The notes under the pieces: model-generated
What the model was told of the DNA's origin: nothing
Databases searched by the model: none
The model's input: only the letters and a program-made list of their open reading frames with translations
Shown: positions 49,994 to 57,997 of the stretch, one piece after another
Position numbering within the stretch: the stretch's first letter is position 1
Layout: the number at the start of each line of letters is the position of its first letter
Made by a program: the position numbers and the translations under genes
Source: Thermoanaerobaculales bacterium
Lineage (GTDB): Bacteria; Acidobacteriota; Thermoanaerobaculia; Thermoanaerobaculales; Sulfomarinibacteraceae
DNA: 64,000 nt
NCBI GenBank assembly: GCA_025456145.1
Contig: JALOLD010000003.1
Location: 18,209-82,208, forward strand
Direction: 5' to 3'

Positions 49994-50887
49994 ATGAGCT
50001 TCCGGCTCGAGCGGCCGCAGCGGTCGTGGTGGCGTCGCGCGCTCGTCACCGCCGTCGTGCTCTGGGGTACGATCCTCGTCACGATGGTGCTCTTCGAGCG
50101 GTCGCTGATCTTCTTCCCGGACCGCTACCCGATCGGGAGCTGGGATGCCGGAGCGGTCGCGCGCGGCGCCGGGGTGACGATCGAGGACCGGACCTTCGCG
50201 GCCTCCGACGGGGTCACCCTCCACGCCTGGTGGTGCCGGCCGGAGATGGCCGCGGGTCCGACCTCCGACATGGTCGTGCTGTGGTTCCACGGCAACGCCG
50301 GCAACCTCGCCCAGCGGGCCGACGGGATGATCGCCCTGGCCCGGCTGCCCGCCCAGGTCCTGATCGTCGACTACCGGGGCTACGGGCGCAGCGCCGGCCG
50401 GCCGAGCGAGGAGGGGCTCTATCTCGACGGCCGGGCGGCCTGGCGCCATCTCACCGAGGACGCAGGCGTCGACCCGGGCCGTATCGTCCTGCTCGGCGTC
50501 AGCCTGGGCGGCGCGGTGGCGGTCGATCTGGCGACCGAGGTCGAGCCGGCCGGGCTGGTCCTCCAGTCGGCGTTCACCTCGGTGCCCGACATGGCCGCCC
50601 ACCACTACCCGTTCATCCCGAGCTGGCTGGTCAGGACGAGGATGGACTCGCTCGCCAAGATCGGCCGGGTTCGCTGCCCGATCCTGATCATCCACTCGTC
50701 GGACGACGAGGTCGTGCCCTTCGAGCACGGGCGGCGGCTGCACGAGGCAGCGGGCCCGGGCGCCCTTTTCGTCGCGGTCGAGGGGGCCGGGCACAACGAG
50801 ACCCGCGCGGTCGGCGGGCCGGTCGTCGACGACGCGCTGCGCCGGTTCCTGGTCGACTGCCGCGATCGCGGCGCGGGCGGGACGTGA
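49994..50887 (+). CDS. Alpha/beta hydrolase (BEM46/ABHD13-like), N-terminal TM anchor
   Basis: Only the last 297 codons of ORF 44996..50887 are credible. Motifs are WFHGNAGN, the nucleophile elbow GVSLGG, IIHSSDDEVVP and GAGHNE. Confidence 0.85.
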   Translation: MSFRLERPQRSWWRRALVTAVVLWGTILVTMVLFERSLIFFPDRYPIGSWDAGAVARGAGVTIEDRTFAASDGVTLHAWWCRPEMAAGPTSDMVVLWFHGNAGNLAQRADGMIALARLPAQVLIVDYRGYGRSAGRPSEEGLYLDGRAAWRHLTEDAGVDPGRIVLLGVSLGGAVAVDLATEVEPAGLVLQSAFTSVPDMAAHHYPFIPSWLVRTRMDSLAKIGRVRCPILIIHSSDDEVVPFEHGRRLHEAAGPGALFVAVEGAGHNETRAVGGPVVDDALRRFLVDCRDRGAGGT

Positions 50888-50951
50888 GCGGGTCGCCGAT
50901 CGCGTGGCTCCGGTCACCGGCCGCGGTGCGGGGACCGGTACAATGTTGGTC

Positions 50952-51359
50952 ATGAGATCCCTCACAGACACACAGGCGCGGTTCTTCGAAACAGTCGCCG
51001 AAACCGTGACGCCGGAGGTGGCCTCGCTCGACGCCGCCCGGCGAGCCCGGCTGCTCGCCATCGTCGACGACGCGCTGCTCGACCGGCAGCCGTCGGTGAG
51101 GAGGCAGCTCGGGACCTTCCTGTCGGTGATCCGGCTCGCCCCCCTGGTCCGCTACGGGAGGTCCTTCGACCGGCTCGACGGGGCCCGGAGGACCGCCGTC
51201 CTGCGCTGGTTCGAGAGCTGTCCGGTGGCGCTCCTGCGGAAGGGCTTCTGGGGTTTGAAGGCGCTGGTCTTCATGGGCTACTACGGCCAGCCCGAGCACT
51301 GGGCCGAGATCGGCTATGCGCCCGACTTCGACGGTCGGCCGGGGGTGCGACGTGCATGA
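50952..51359 (+). CDS. Small hypothetical protein, probable accessory subunit of the downstream GMC oxidoreductase
   Basis: The 135-aa ORF (MRSLTDTQARFFETVAETV...) overlaps the start of the GMC gene. It resembles the small subunits that precede membrane/periplasmic GMC dehydrogenases, but that assignment is not verified. Confidence 0.6.
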   Translation: MRSLTDTQARFFETVAETVTPEVASLDAARRARLLAIVDDALLDRQPSVRRQLGTFLSVIRLAPLVRYGRSFDRLDGARRTAVLRWFESCPVALLRKGFWGLKALVFMGYYGQPEHWAEIGYAPDFDGRPGVRRA

Positions 51360-52854
51360 GCACTCGTACGACATCGTGATCATCGGCTCGGGGGCGGGCG
51401 GCGGCGCGGTCGCCAAGGAGCTCGCGCCTCTCGCCGCCGCGGGCCGGCGGATCGCCGTCCTGGAGTGGGGCGCCAAGCTCGCCGACGACGCCTACACCGG
51501 CCGCGAGGTCGAGATGGCGCGCCAGCTCTACTTCGACTCCGGCGGCGTGCTGACCAAGGACCGGACGCTGACCATGGCCTACGGCCGCGCCTACGGGGGC
51601 TCGACCGTGGTCTACACCGGCACCTCGCTGACCATCCCCGAGGAGGTCGTCCGGCGCTGGGACGTGCCCGGGATCGAGGCCGAGGACCTCGCTCGCCGGT
51701 CGGCGAAGTACCTCGCCGAGAACAACGTCCACCTGCTCGACGAGGAGGAGCTCAACGACAACAACCGGCTGTTCCGCGACGGCTGCGCGGCGCTCGGCTA
51801 CCGGGTGCAGCAGTTCCCGATCAACGTCAAAGGCTGCCGCTCGTCGAGCCTGTGCAACCTCGGCTGCCCGAACAGCGCCAAGCAGGGAACCCACCGGGTC
51901 CAGCTCCCGGCGGCCGAGGCGGCCGGGGTCGAGGTGATCACCAACTGCCGGGTGACCCGGGTGGGGGAGGGAAGCTGCGAGGCGGTGGTCGCCGACCCCG
52001 GCTTCGGTCTGCCGACGACCTGGGAGGCCGGCGAGCACCGGGTCCGCGCCAAGGTCGTGGTCGTCTGCGGCGGCGCGGTCAACTCGTCGGCGCTGCTGCT
52101 GCGCTCGGGCTTCGGCTCGGCGCTGCCGAACCTCGGGCGCTATCTGACCCTCCACCCGGCGCTGATCCTGGTCGGCGAGCACCCGCATCCGATCTCGAAC
52201 TTCCACGGCCACCCCAAGAGCTTCTACTGCGACCACTTCTGGGAGTCCGAACGGTTCCTCCTCGAGACCTGCATGTACTTCCCCTTCACCACCTCGAAGA
52301 ACCTCATCGGCTTCGGCGCCGAGCACTCGGAGCTGATGCGGGCCTTCCCCAGGCTGCAGATGATCCTGGTGCTGGCGATCGACCCGGCGCTGCCCGCCAA
52401 CCGGGTCGTGCTCGACCGCGACGGCGAGCCGGTGGTCGACTACACGATGGGCCCCGAGGTCCTCGACTCGCTCCACCGGAGCATGGTCGCGAGCGCCCGG
52501 ATCTTCTTCGCCGCCGGGGCGGCGCGGGTCCACGCTCCGGCCGGCGCGACCTTCTTCATCGACCGTCGCGACGCCGATCGGGTCGAGGAGCTAATCCCGC
52601 GCTCGCGCGTCGTCCCCGGGAAGATCTCGGTGGCGAGCGCGCACCTCATGGGGGGGTGCCGGATGGGACGGAGCGCCGCCGACTCGGTGACCGACGGCTG
52701 GGGGCGGGTCCACGGCGCACGGGGCCTCTACGTCGCCGACTCGGCGCTCTTCCCCCGGGCCTCGGAGATCAACCCCTACGTGACGGTGATGGCGCTTGCC
52801 GACCGGGCCGCCGAGCACATTCGGACCAACGCCGGGGAGCTGCTGGCGTCATGA
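51352..52854 (+). CDS. GMC-family FAD oxidoreductase
   Basis: YDIVIIGSGAGGGAVAKELA is the FAD motif. The C-terminal region is AHLMGGCRMG ... GLYVADSALFPRASEINPYVTVMALA. The start is GTG 51352 (8-nt overlap with the upstream stop) or ATG 51316. Confidence 0.85.
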   Translation: MHEHSYDIVIIGSGAGGGAVAKELAPLAAAGRRIAVLEWGAKLADDAYTGREVEMARQLYFDSGGVLTKDRTLTMAYGRAYGGSTVVYTGTSLTIPEEVVRRWDVPGIEAEDLARRSAKYLAENNVHLLDEEELNDNNRLFRDGCAALGYRVQQFPINVKGCRSSSLCNLGCPNSAKQGTHRVQLPAAEAAGVEVITNCRVTRVGEGSCEAVVADPGFGLPTTWEAGEHRVRAKVVVVCGGAVNSSALLLRSGFGSALPNLGRYLTLHPALILVGEHPHPISNFHGHPKSFYCDHFWESERFLLETCMYFPFTTSKNLIGFGAEHSELMRAFPRLQMILVLAIDPALPANRVVLDRDGEPVVDYTMGPEVLDSLHRSMVASARIFFAAGAARVHAPAGATFFIDRRDADRVEELIPRSRVVPGKISVASAHLMGGCRMGRSAADSVTDGWGRVHGARGLYVADSALFPRASEINPYVTVMALADRAAEHIRTNAGELLAS

Positions 52855-54572
52855 AGCTCCGCGGCTCCCGGCTGGTCGTCCGCGCCCTGGTCGACGAAGG
52901 GGTGCGCTTCACCTTCGGCATCCCGGGCACCCACAACATCGAGCTCTATGACGCCCTCGAGGAGGCGCCCGGGATCGAGGCGGTGCTCGTCACCTCGGAG
53001 GTGGCCGGGGCCTTCATGGGCGACGGCGTGTCGCGGACCTCGGATCAGATCGGGGTGCTCAACGTGGTGCCCGGCGCCGGGGTGACCCACAGCCTGTCGG
53101 GGATCGCCGAGGCCTTCATGGACCAGGTGCCGCTGGTGGTCCTCGCCTGCGGCATCCGGCGCGACACCGGGACGGCCTTCCAGCTCCACGACATCGATCA
53201 GCTCGCGGTGCTGCGACCGGTGACCAAGGCCGCGTTCGCCATCGCGGAAGCGGCGGAGATCTACCCGACGATCCGGCGCGCCTTCGAGATCGCCCGGACC
53301 CCGCCGGCCGGCCCGGTCGCGGTCGAGATCCCGGCCAACCTCATGATGCTGACCCAGGAGGTCGACGAGCCGCGCTGGGCGGCGTCCCCTCCGCCCGAGC
53401 GGCTGCTCGACCGCGAGCTCGTCGAGCGGGCGGCCCGGATGCTCGGGGAGGCCCACCATCCGGCGATCTACGCGGGCGTGGGGGCGGTCGCCGGCCGGCA
53501 CCAGCTCATCCAGCTCGCCGAGCAGCTCGGCGCGCCGGTCATGACGACCTTCCAGGGCAAGGGGGTGTTCCCCGAGTCGCACCCGCTGTGGCTGTGGACC
53601 GGCATCGGCCGGTCGGCGCCGCCTTTCGTCCGCGCCGTCGTCGACCGCTGCGACTGCCTGCTCGCGGTCGGCTGCCGATTCGGCGAGGTCGCGACCGGTT
53701 CCTATGGCCTGGCCCCGCCGCGCCGGCTGATCCACGTCGACATCGACCCCGAGGTTCCCGGCCGGAACTTCCCCACCGAGCTCGCGGTGACCGCGGATGC
53801 GGCGACCTTCCTCGGCGCCCTGGGAGCGCTCATCGAGGGCCGGCGCCCGGCCGACGAGCTGGTCCGCGAGATCGCCGACGGGCACGAGCGGGTCCGCCGA
53901 AGCTGGCGCGGCGCCTCGTCGCCGAGCCGGGTGACGCCGGAACGCTTCTTCGCCGTGCTCCAGCGCCACTGCGGCGACGACACGGTGTACGCCACCGACA
54001 GCGGCAACGGAACCTTCCTCGCCGCCGAGCACCTCCGGCTCGACCACCCGCGCTGCTTCATCGGACCGGTCGACTTCTCGTGCATGGGCTACTCGGTGCC
54101 GGCGTCGATCGGCGCCGCCTTCGCCAACCCGCACCGCGACGTCGTCACCCTGGCCGGCGACGGCGCCTTTTTGATGACCGGGCTCGAAGCGCTGACCGCC
54201 GCGACCTATGGGGCGGCGCCGCTGATCTGCGTGCTGCGCGACGGCAAGCACGGGCTGATCGCCGAGTTCCAGAAGGTCCCGCTCAACCGCCAGACCTGCA
54301 GCGTCCTCCCCGACTACAGCGTGCAGGCCGTCGCCGAGGCGGTCGGCTGCCGCTACTTCCGGATCCTCCGCGACTCGGAGCTCGAGGCGGTCATCCCGGC
54401 CGCTCTCGAGCTGGTTCGCGCGAGGACCCCGGCGATCGTCGAGGTCGCGATCGACTACTCGAACCGGACCTTCTTCAGCCGCGGCGTGGTGGCGACCAAC
54501 TTCTGGCGCTTCCCGTGGCGCGAGCGGCTGCGGATGCTCGGGCGGGCGCTGCTGCGGAGGATGGGTGGCTGA
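52851..54572 (+). CDS. Thiamine-diphosphate-dependent enzyme (acetolactate synthase / benzoylformate decarboxylase-like)
   Basis: The N-terminal region is LVDEGVRFTFGIPGTHNIELYDAL. The TPP-binding motif is LAGDGAFLMTGLEALTA. The ATGA overlap links it to the GMC stop codon. Confidence 0.85.
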   Translation: MKLRGSRLVVRALVDEGVRFTFGIPGTHNIELYDALEEAPGIEAVLVTSEVAGAFMGDGVSRTSDQIGVLNVVPGAGVTHSLSGIAEAFMDQVPLVVLACGIRRDTGTAFQLHDIDQLAVLRPVTKAAFAIAEAAEIYPTIRRAFEIARTPPAGPVAVEIPANLMMLTQEVDEPRWAASPPPERLLDRELVERAARMLGEAHHPAIYAGVGAVAGRHQLIQLAEQLGAPVMTTFQGKGVFPESHPLWLWTGIGRSAPPFVRAVVDRCDCLLAVGCRFGEVATGSYGLAPPRRLIHVDIDPEVPGRNFPTELAVTADAATFLGALGALIEGRRPADELVREIADGHERVRRSWRGASSPSRVTPERFFAVLQRHCGDDTVYATDSGNGTFLAAEHLRLDHPRCFIGPVDFSCMGYSVPASIGAAFANPHRDVVTLAGDGAFLMTGLEALTAATYGAAPLICVLRDGKHGLIAEFQKVPLNRQTCSVLPDYSVQAVAEAVGCRYFRILRDSELEAVIPAALELVRARTPAIVEVAIDYSNRTFFSRGVVATNFWRFPWRERLRMLGRALLRRMGG

Positions 54573-57500
54573 GACCGGCCAGCGGGAGGGGAGCGGATCC
54601 GGCGGCGATCGGACGCTGACCAATGCCGGTCCGGTGAGCCCGGGAGGCCCGGGCGCCTCGAGCGCGGTCAAGGCCACCTTCGCTCCCGGCCAGCTGGTCG
54701 CCGGTCGCTACGAGGTCGAGCACTTCCTGGCCCGCGGCGGGATGGGTGAGGTCTACCGGGTGCACGACCGCGAGCTCGGCGAGAGCGTCGCCCTCAAGAC
54801 GATTCTCCCGAGGTCGGCGGGCGACCCGGTGTCCCTCGACCGTTTCCGGCGCGAGATCCAGATCGCCCGCAAGGTCAGCCACCGCAACGTCTGCCGGATC
54901 TTCGACCTCGGCCGCCACGTCGCCGACGACGGCGGAGAGGTCGTGTTCCTGACCATGGAGCTGCTCGCCGGCGTGTCGTTGCGGGCGCGGCTGCGCGAGT
55001 CCGTGCTGACGCCCGCCGAGGCGGTCGACGTCGTCACCCAGCTCGCGGCGGGGCTCGGCGCCGCCCACCGCAGCGGAATCGTCCACCGCGACCTCAAGCC
55101 GTCGAACGTCTTCCTGGTACCCGAGGGCGAGGGGACCCGGGTGGTCATCGCCGACTTCGGTCTCGCCCGGACCCAGCTCAAGGAGGACGGTCAGCTCACC
55201 GTCACCGGGACCGGCGAGATCCTCGGCACCCCGGCCTACATGGCGCCCGAGCAGCTCGAGGGCAAGCCGGCGACCACCGCCTCGGACATCTACGCCTTCG
55301 GTCTGGTGATGTACGAGATGCTCACCGGCGCCCAGCCCTTCGAGGGCGACAGCGCCTTCCAGATCGCCCTCAACAAGCTGCGCGACGAGCCGACCAGCCC
55401 GAGCACCCGGGTCCGCGGGCTGCCGGCGCTGTGGGACCGGATCATCCTGCGCTGCCTCGAGAAGGACCCCGCCGACCGCTTCGCGAAAGTCGACGAGATC
55501 TCCGAGGTGCTGTCGGGGGAGCGCCGGCTACGCGGGCCGAGCCGGCGCTCGAGCCGGCGGCGGATCGCGCTGGGCGCGGCGGTGGTGGTCGCCCTGGTCG
55601 GTCTCGCCATCGGCCTGAGGTGGTGGGATCGCGGCCCCGGGGCGGGGCGCGGCGACGCGGTCGAGCTGCGGCGTTCGGTCGCCGTGCTCGGCTTCGAGAA
55701 CATCACCGGTGACCCCGAGACCGCGTGGCTGTCGGTCGCCCTCGGCGACTTCCTGACCACCGAGCTGGGGCTCGGCGGGGCGGTCCGCGCGGTGCCCAGC
55801 GAGAGCGTCGCCCAGGCCCGCGCCGAGCTCGGGATCGACCAGGTCGCGACCCTCGGTCCGGAGACCCTGGGCCGGCTGCGTGAGCTCCTCGCGGTCGACC
55901 TCGTGGTGCTCGGTTCCTACGCCGTGCTCGGCGCCGGCCCCGACGCCCGCGTCCGCCTCGACACCCGGGTTCAGGAAAGCGTGGCCGGTGAGATCACCAT
56001 CCTGCCGCCGGTCAGCGGACGGCCCGACGAGCTCGGTGAGATCGCGCTCGGCGCCGCCACCGAGATCCGCCGCCGCTTCGGCATCGACGTGGCCGGCGAG
56101 GCGCAGGCGAGCGGCGTGCTGCCGACCGACCCCGAGGCGGCGCGGCTCTACGCCGAGGGCGTGGCCGCGCTGCGCTCCTACGATCCCCAGGAGGCACGGC
56201 TCAAGCTCGAGCGGGCGGCCGCGGCGGCGCCGGGCTCGGCCCTGGTCTGGCACGAGCTCGCCGACGCCCTCGCCCGCACCGGACGCGGGATCGAGGCGAT
56301 CGCGGCGGCCAAGCGGGCGCGCGAGCTCAGCGGCGATCTCGATCGCGAGCTGCGGCTGCGCATCGAGGGTCAGTACCAGAGCCTCGCCGGGAGCTACGAC
56401 GAGGCGATCGACACCTACCGGTCGCTCTGGCTGGTCTACCCGGACAGCCTGGAGTACGGCCTGAGGCTCGCCGAGACCCAGGCGATCGCCGGGATGGCGG
56501 ATGACGCCCTGGCCACGATCGGCGAGCTCCGGGCGCTGCCAGCGCCGATCAGCGACGACCCCCGGATCGATCTCGCGGAGGCCTATGCCGCCGGTGCGAT
56601 CGGCGACCCGCAGCGCCAGGCCGAGGTCGCCGGGCGGGTCGTCGAGAGCAGCCGGCGGCTCGGCTCGGGTCAGCTCGAGGCCGAGGCGCGGCTCGCCCTG
56701 GGCAGCGCGCTTCGCGAGCTCGGCGAGCTCGACCGGTCGCTCGCCGAGCTGCAGGCCGCGCGCTCGATCGAGGTCGAGGCCGGCAACCCGGCCGGCGAGG
56801 CGCGGGCCGCCTACTCGCTCGCCCGGACCCTACTCGCCATGGGCGACGTCGAGGCCGGGATGCGCGAGGCCGAGGCCGCGCTGGCCCTGGCGCGGCCGGT
56901 CGAGGCGAGACCGACCGAAGGCGACGCGCTCAACCTGATCGGGAGCATACGGGTCCACCAGGGCGACTTTCCGGGGGCGGTGGCGGCGCTCGAGGAGGCG
57001 CTCGCGCTGCAGCGCGCGATCAGGAACGCGAGCGGGGTCGCCGACGCCCTCAACAACCTCGCGCTGGTCCAGATGTGGGCCGGTGACTTCTCGGGCTCGG
57101 TCGACCACTTCGGCGAGGCGCTCGCCCTCTTCCGCGAGCTCGGCAAGCCGGCCAGCGAGGCGGCGGTGCTGATGAACCTGGCGCGGATCGACGGCGCCCG
57201 GGGCGATCTCGACGGTGCGCGAAGCCGGTTCGAGGAGGCTGCGGGTCTCTACCGCGCCCAGTCGGAGCCGGTGGCCCTCGCCGAGGCGCTGTTCGGGCTG
57301 GCCGAGGTGCTGCTCACCCGCGGCGATCTCCAGGGGGCGCGGACCCGCCACGAGGAGGCGTTGCGGCTGCGCCGCGAGCGCGGCCTCGACAGCGCGGTCG
57401 AGAGCGAGTTCGCCCTCGCCGGCCTGACCCTCGCCGAGGCGAGCCTCGGCCGGGCGCGGTATGCCGACGCCGTCGCGGCCCTCGACCGCTCGGTCGCCGC

Positions 57501-57921
57501 CTTCGCCCAGGCGAACCGGCCGGCCCTCGAGGCCGACGCGCTTAACTACCTGGTGGAGGCCCTGCTCGGTGCGGGCGAGGTCGAGCGGGCCGAGGCCGCC
57601 CTCGGCCGGCTCGAGGCTCTCGACCCAGCGGCGAATTCGGTGACCCGGATGGTCAGCCGGATCAGCGGCGCCCGGGTCGCCGCGGCGCGCGGGCAGGTCG
57701 AGACCGCGGAGCGGGCCCTGGACCGGGTCGTCGACGACGCCCGCGTGGAGGCGAGCCTGGGCGTCGAGCTCGAGGCGAAGCTGGCGATGGCCGAGGTGCT
57801 GGCCGGCTCGGGCCGCCCGGAGGAGGCCCGCCGGCGGCTCGACGAGATCCGCCGCGAGGCGGTCGCCCGGGGCTGGATGCTGGTGGCGGACAAGGCCGAG
57901 GTGCGGGCCCGGGAGCTCTGA
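54565..57921 (+). CDS. Ser/Thr protein kinase with one TM helix and a large extracytoplasmic TolB-like plus TPR region
   Basis: Kinase motifs are GGMGEVYRV, VALK, HRDLKPSNVFL, DFGLAR and APE. The TM helix is IALGAAVVVALVGLAIGL. This is followed by VAVLGFENITGD and many TPR-like repeats. GTG 54565 is preceded by GGAGG and overlaps the upstream stop. Confidence 0.88.
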   Translation: MAETGQREGSGSGGDRTLTNAGPVSPGGPGASSAVKATFAPGQLVAGRYEVEHFLARGGMGEVYRVHDRELGESVALKTILPRSAGDPVSLDRFRREIQIARKVSHRNVCRIFDLGRHVADDGGEVVFLTMELLAGVSLRARLRESVLTPAEAVDVVTQLAAGLGAAHRSGIVHRDLKPSNVFLVPEGEGTRVVIADFGLARTQLKEDGQLTVTGTGEILGTPAYMAPEQLEGKPATTASDIYAFGLVMYEMLTGAQPFEGDSAFQIALNKLRDEPTSPSTRVRGLPALWDRIILRCLEKDPADRFAKVDEISEVLSGERRLRGPSRRSSRRRIALGAAVVVALVGLAIGLRWWDRGPGAGRGDAVELRRSVAVLGFENITGDPETAWLSVALGDFLTTELGLGGAVRAVPSESVAQARAELGIDQVATLGPETLGRLRELLAVDLVVLGSYAVLGAGPDARVRLDTRVQESVAGEITILPPVSGRPDELGEIALGAATEIRRRFGIDVAGEAQASGVLPTDPEAARLYAEGVAALRSYDPQEARLKLERAAAAAPGSALVWHELADALARTGRGIEAIAAAKRARELSGDLDRELRLRIEGQYQSLAGSYDEAIDTYRSLWLVYPDSLEYGLRLAETQAIAGMADDALATIGELRALPAPISDDPRIDLAEAYAAGAIGDPQRQAEVAGRVVESSRRLGSGQLEAEARLALGSALRELGELDRSLAELQAARSIEVEAGNPAGEARAAYSLARTLLAMGDVEAGMREAEAALALARPVEARPTEGDALNLIGSIRVHQGDFPGAVAALEEALALQRAIRNASGVADALNNLALVQMWAGDFSGSVDHFGEALALFRELGKPASEAAVLMNLARIDGARGDLDGARSRFEEAAGLYRAQSEPVALAEALFGLAEVLLTRGDLQGARTRHEEALRLRRERGLDSAVESEFALAGLTLAEASLGRARYADAVAALDRSVAAFAQANRPALEADALNYLVEALLGAGEVERAEAALGRLEALDPAANSVTRMVSRISGARVAAARGQVETAERALDRVVDDARVEASLGVELEAKLAMAEVLAGSGRPEEARRRLDEIRREAVARGWMLVADKAEVRAREL

Positions 57922-57997
57922 GACCCCCACCGTGTCGGTGTGGTATTATGGATCTCTGCCGGGATCGGTGACCGGCCTCTCCTGAGGGAGCACCACA

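Noticed and set aside
49889-51061. The N-terminal 391 codons of ORF 45137..51061 (-).
   Set aside because: They are antisense to the alpha/beta hydrolase gene and are Arg/Pro/Asp-rich. The credible protein begins at ATG 49886-49888 (MTNPESG...).
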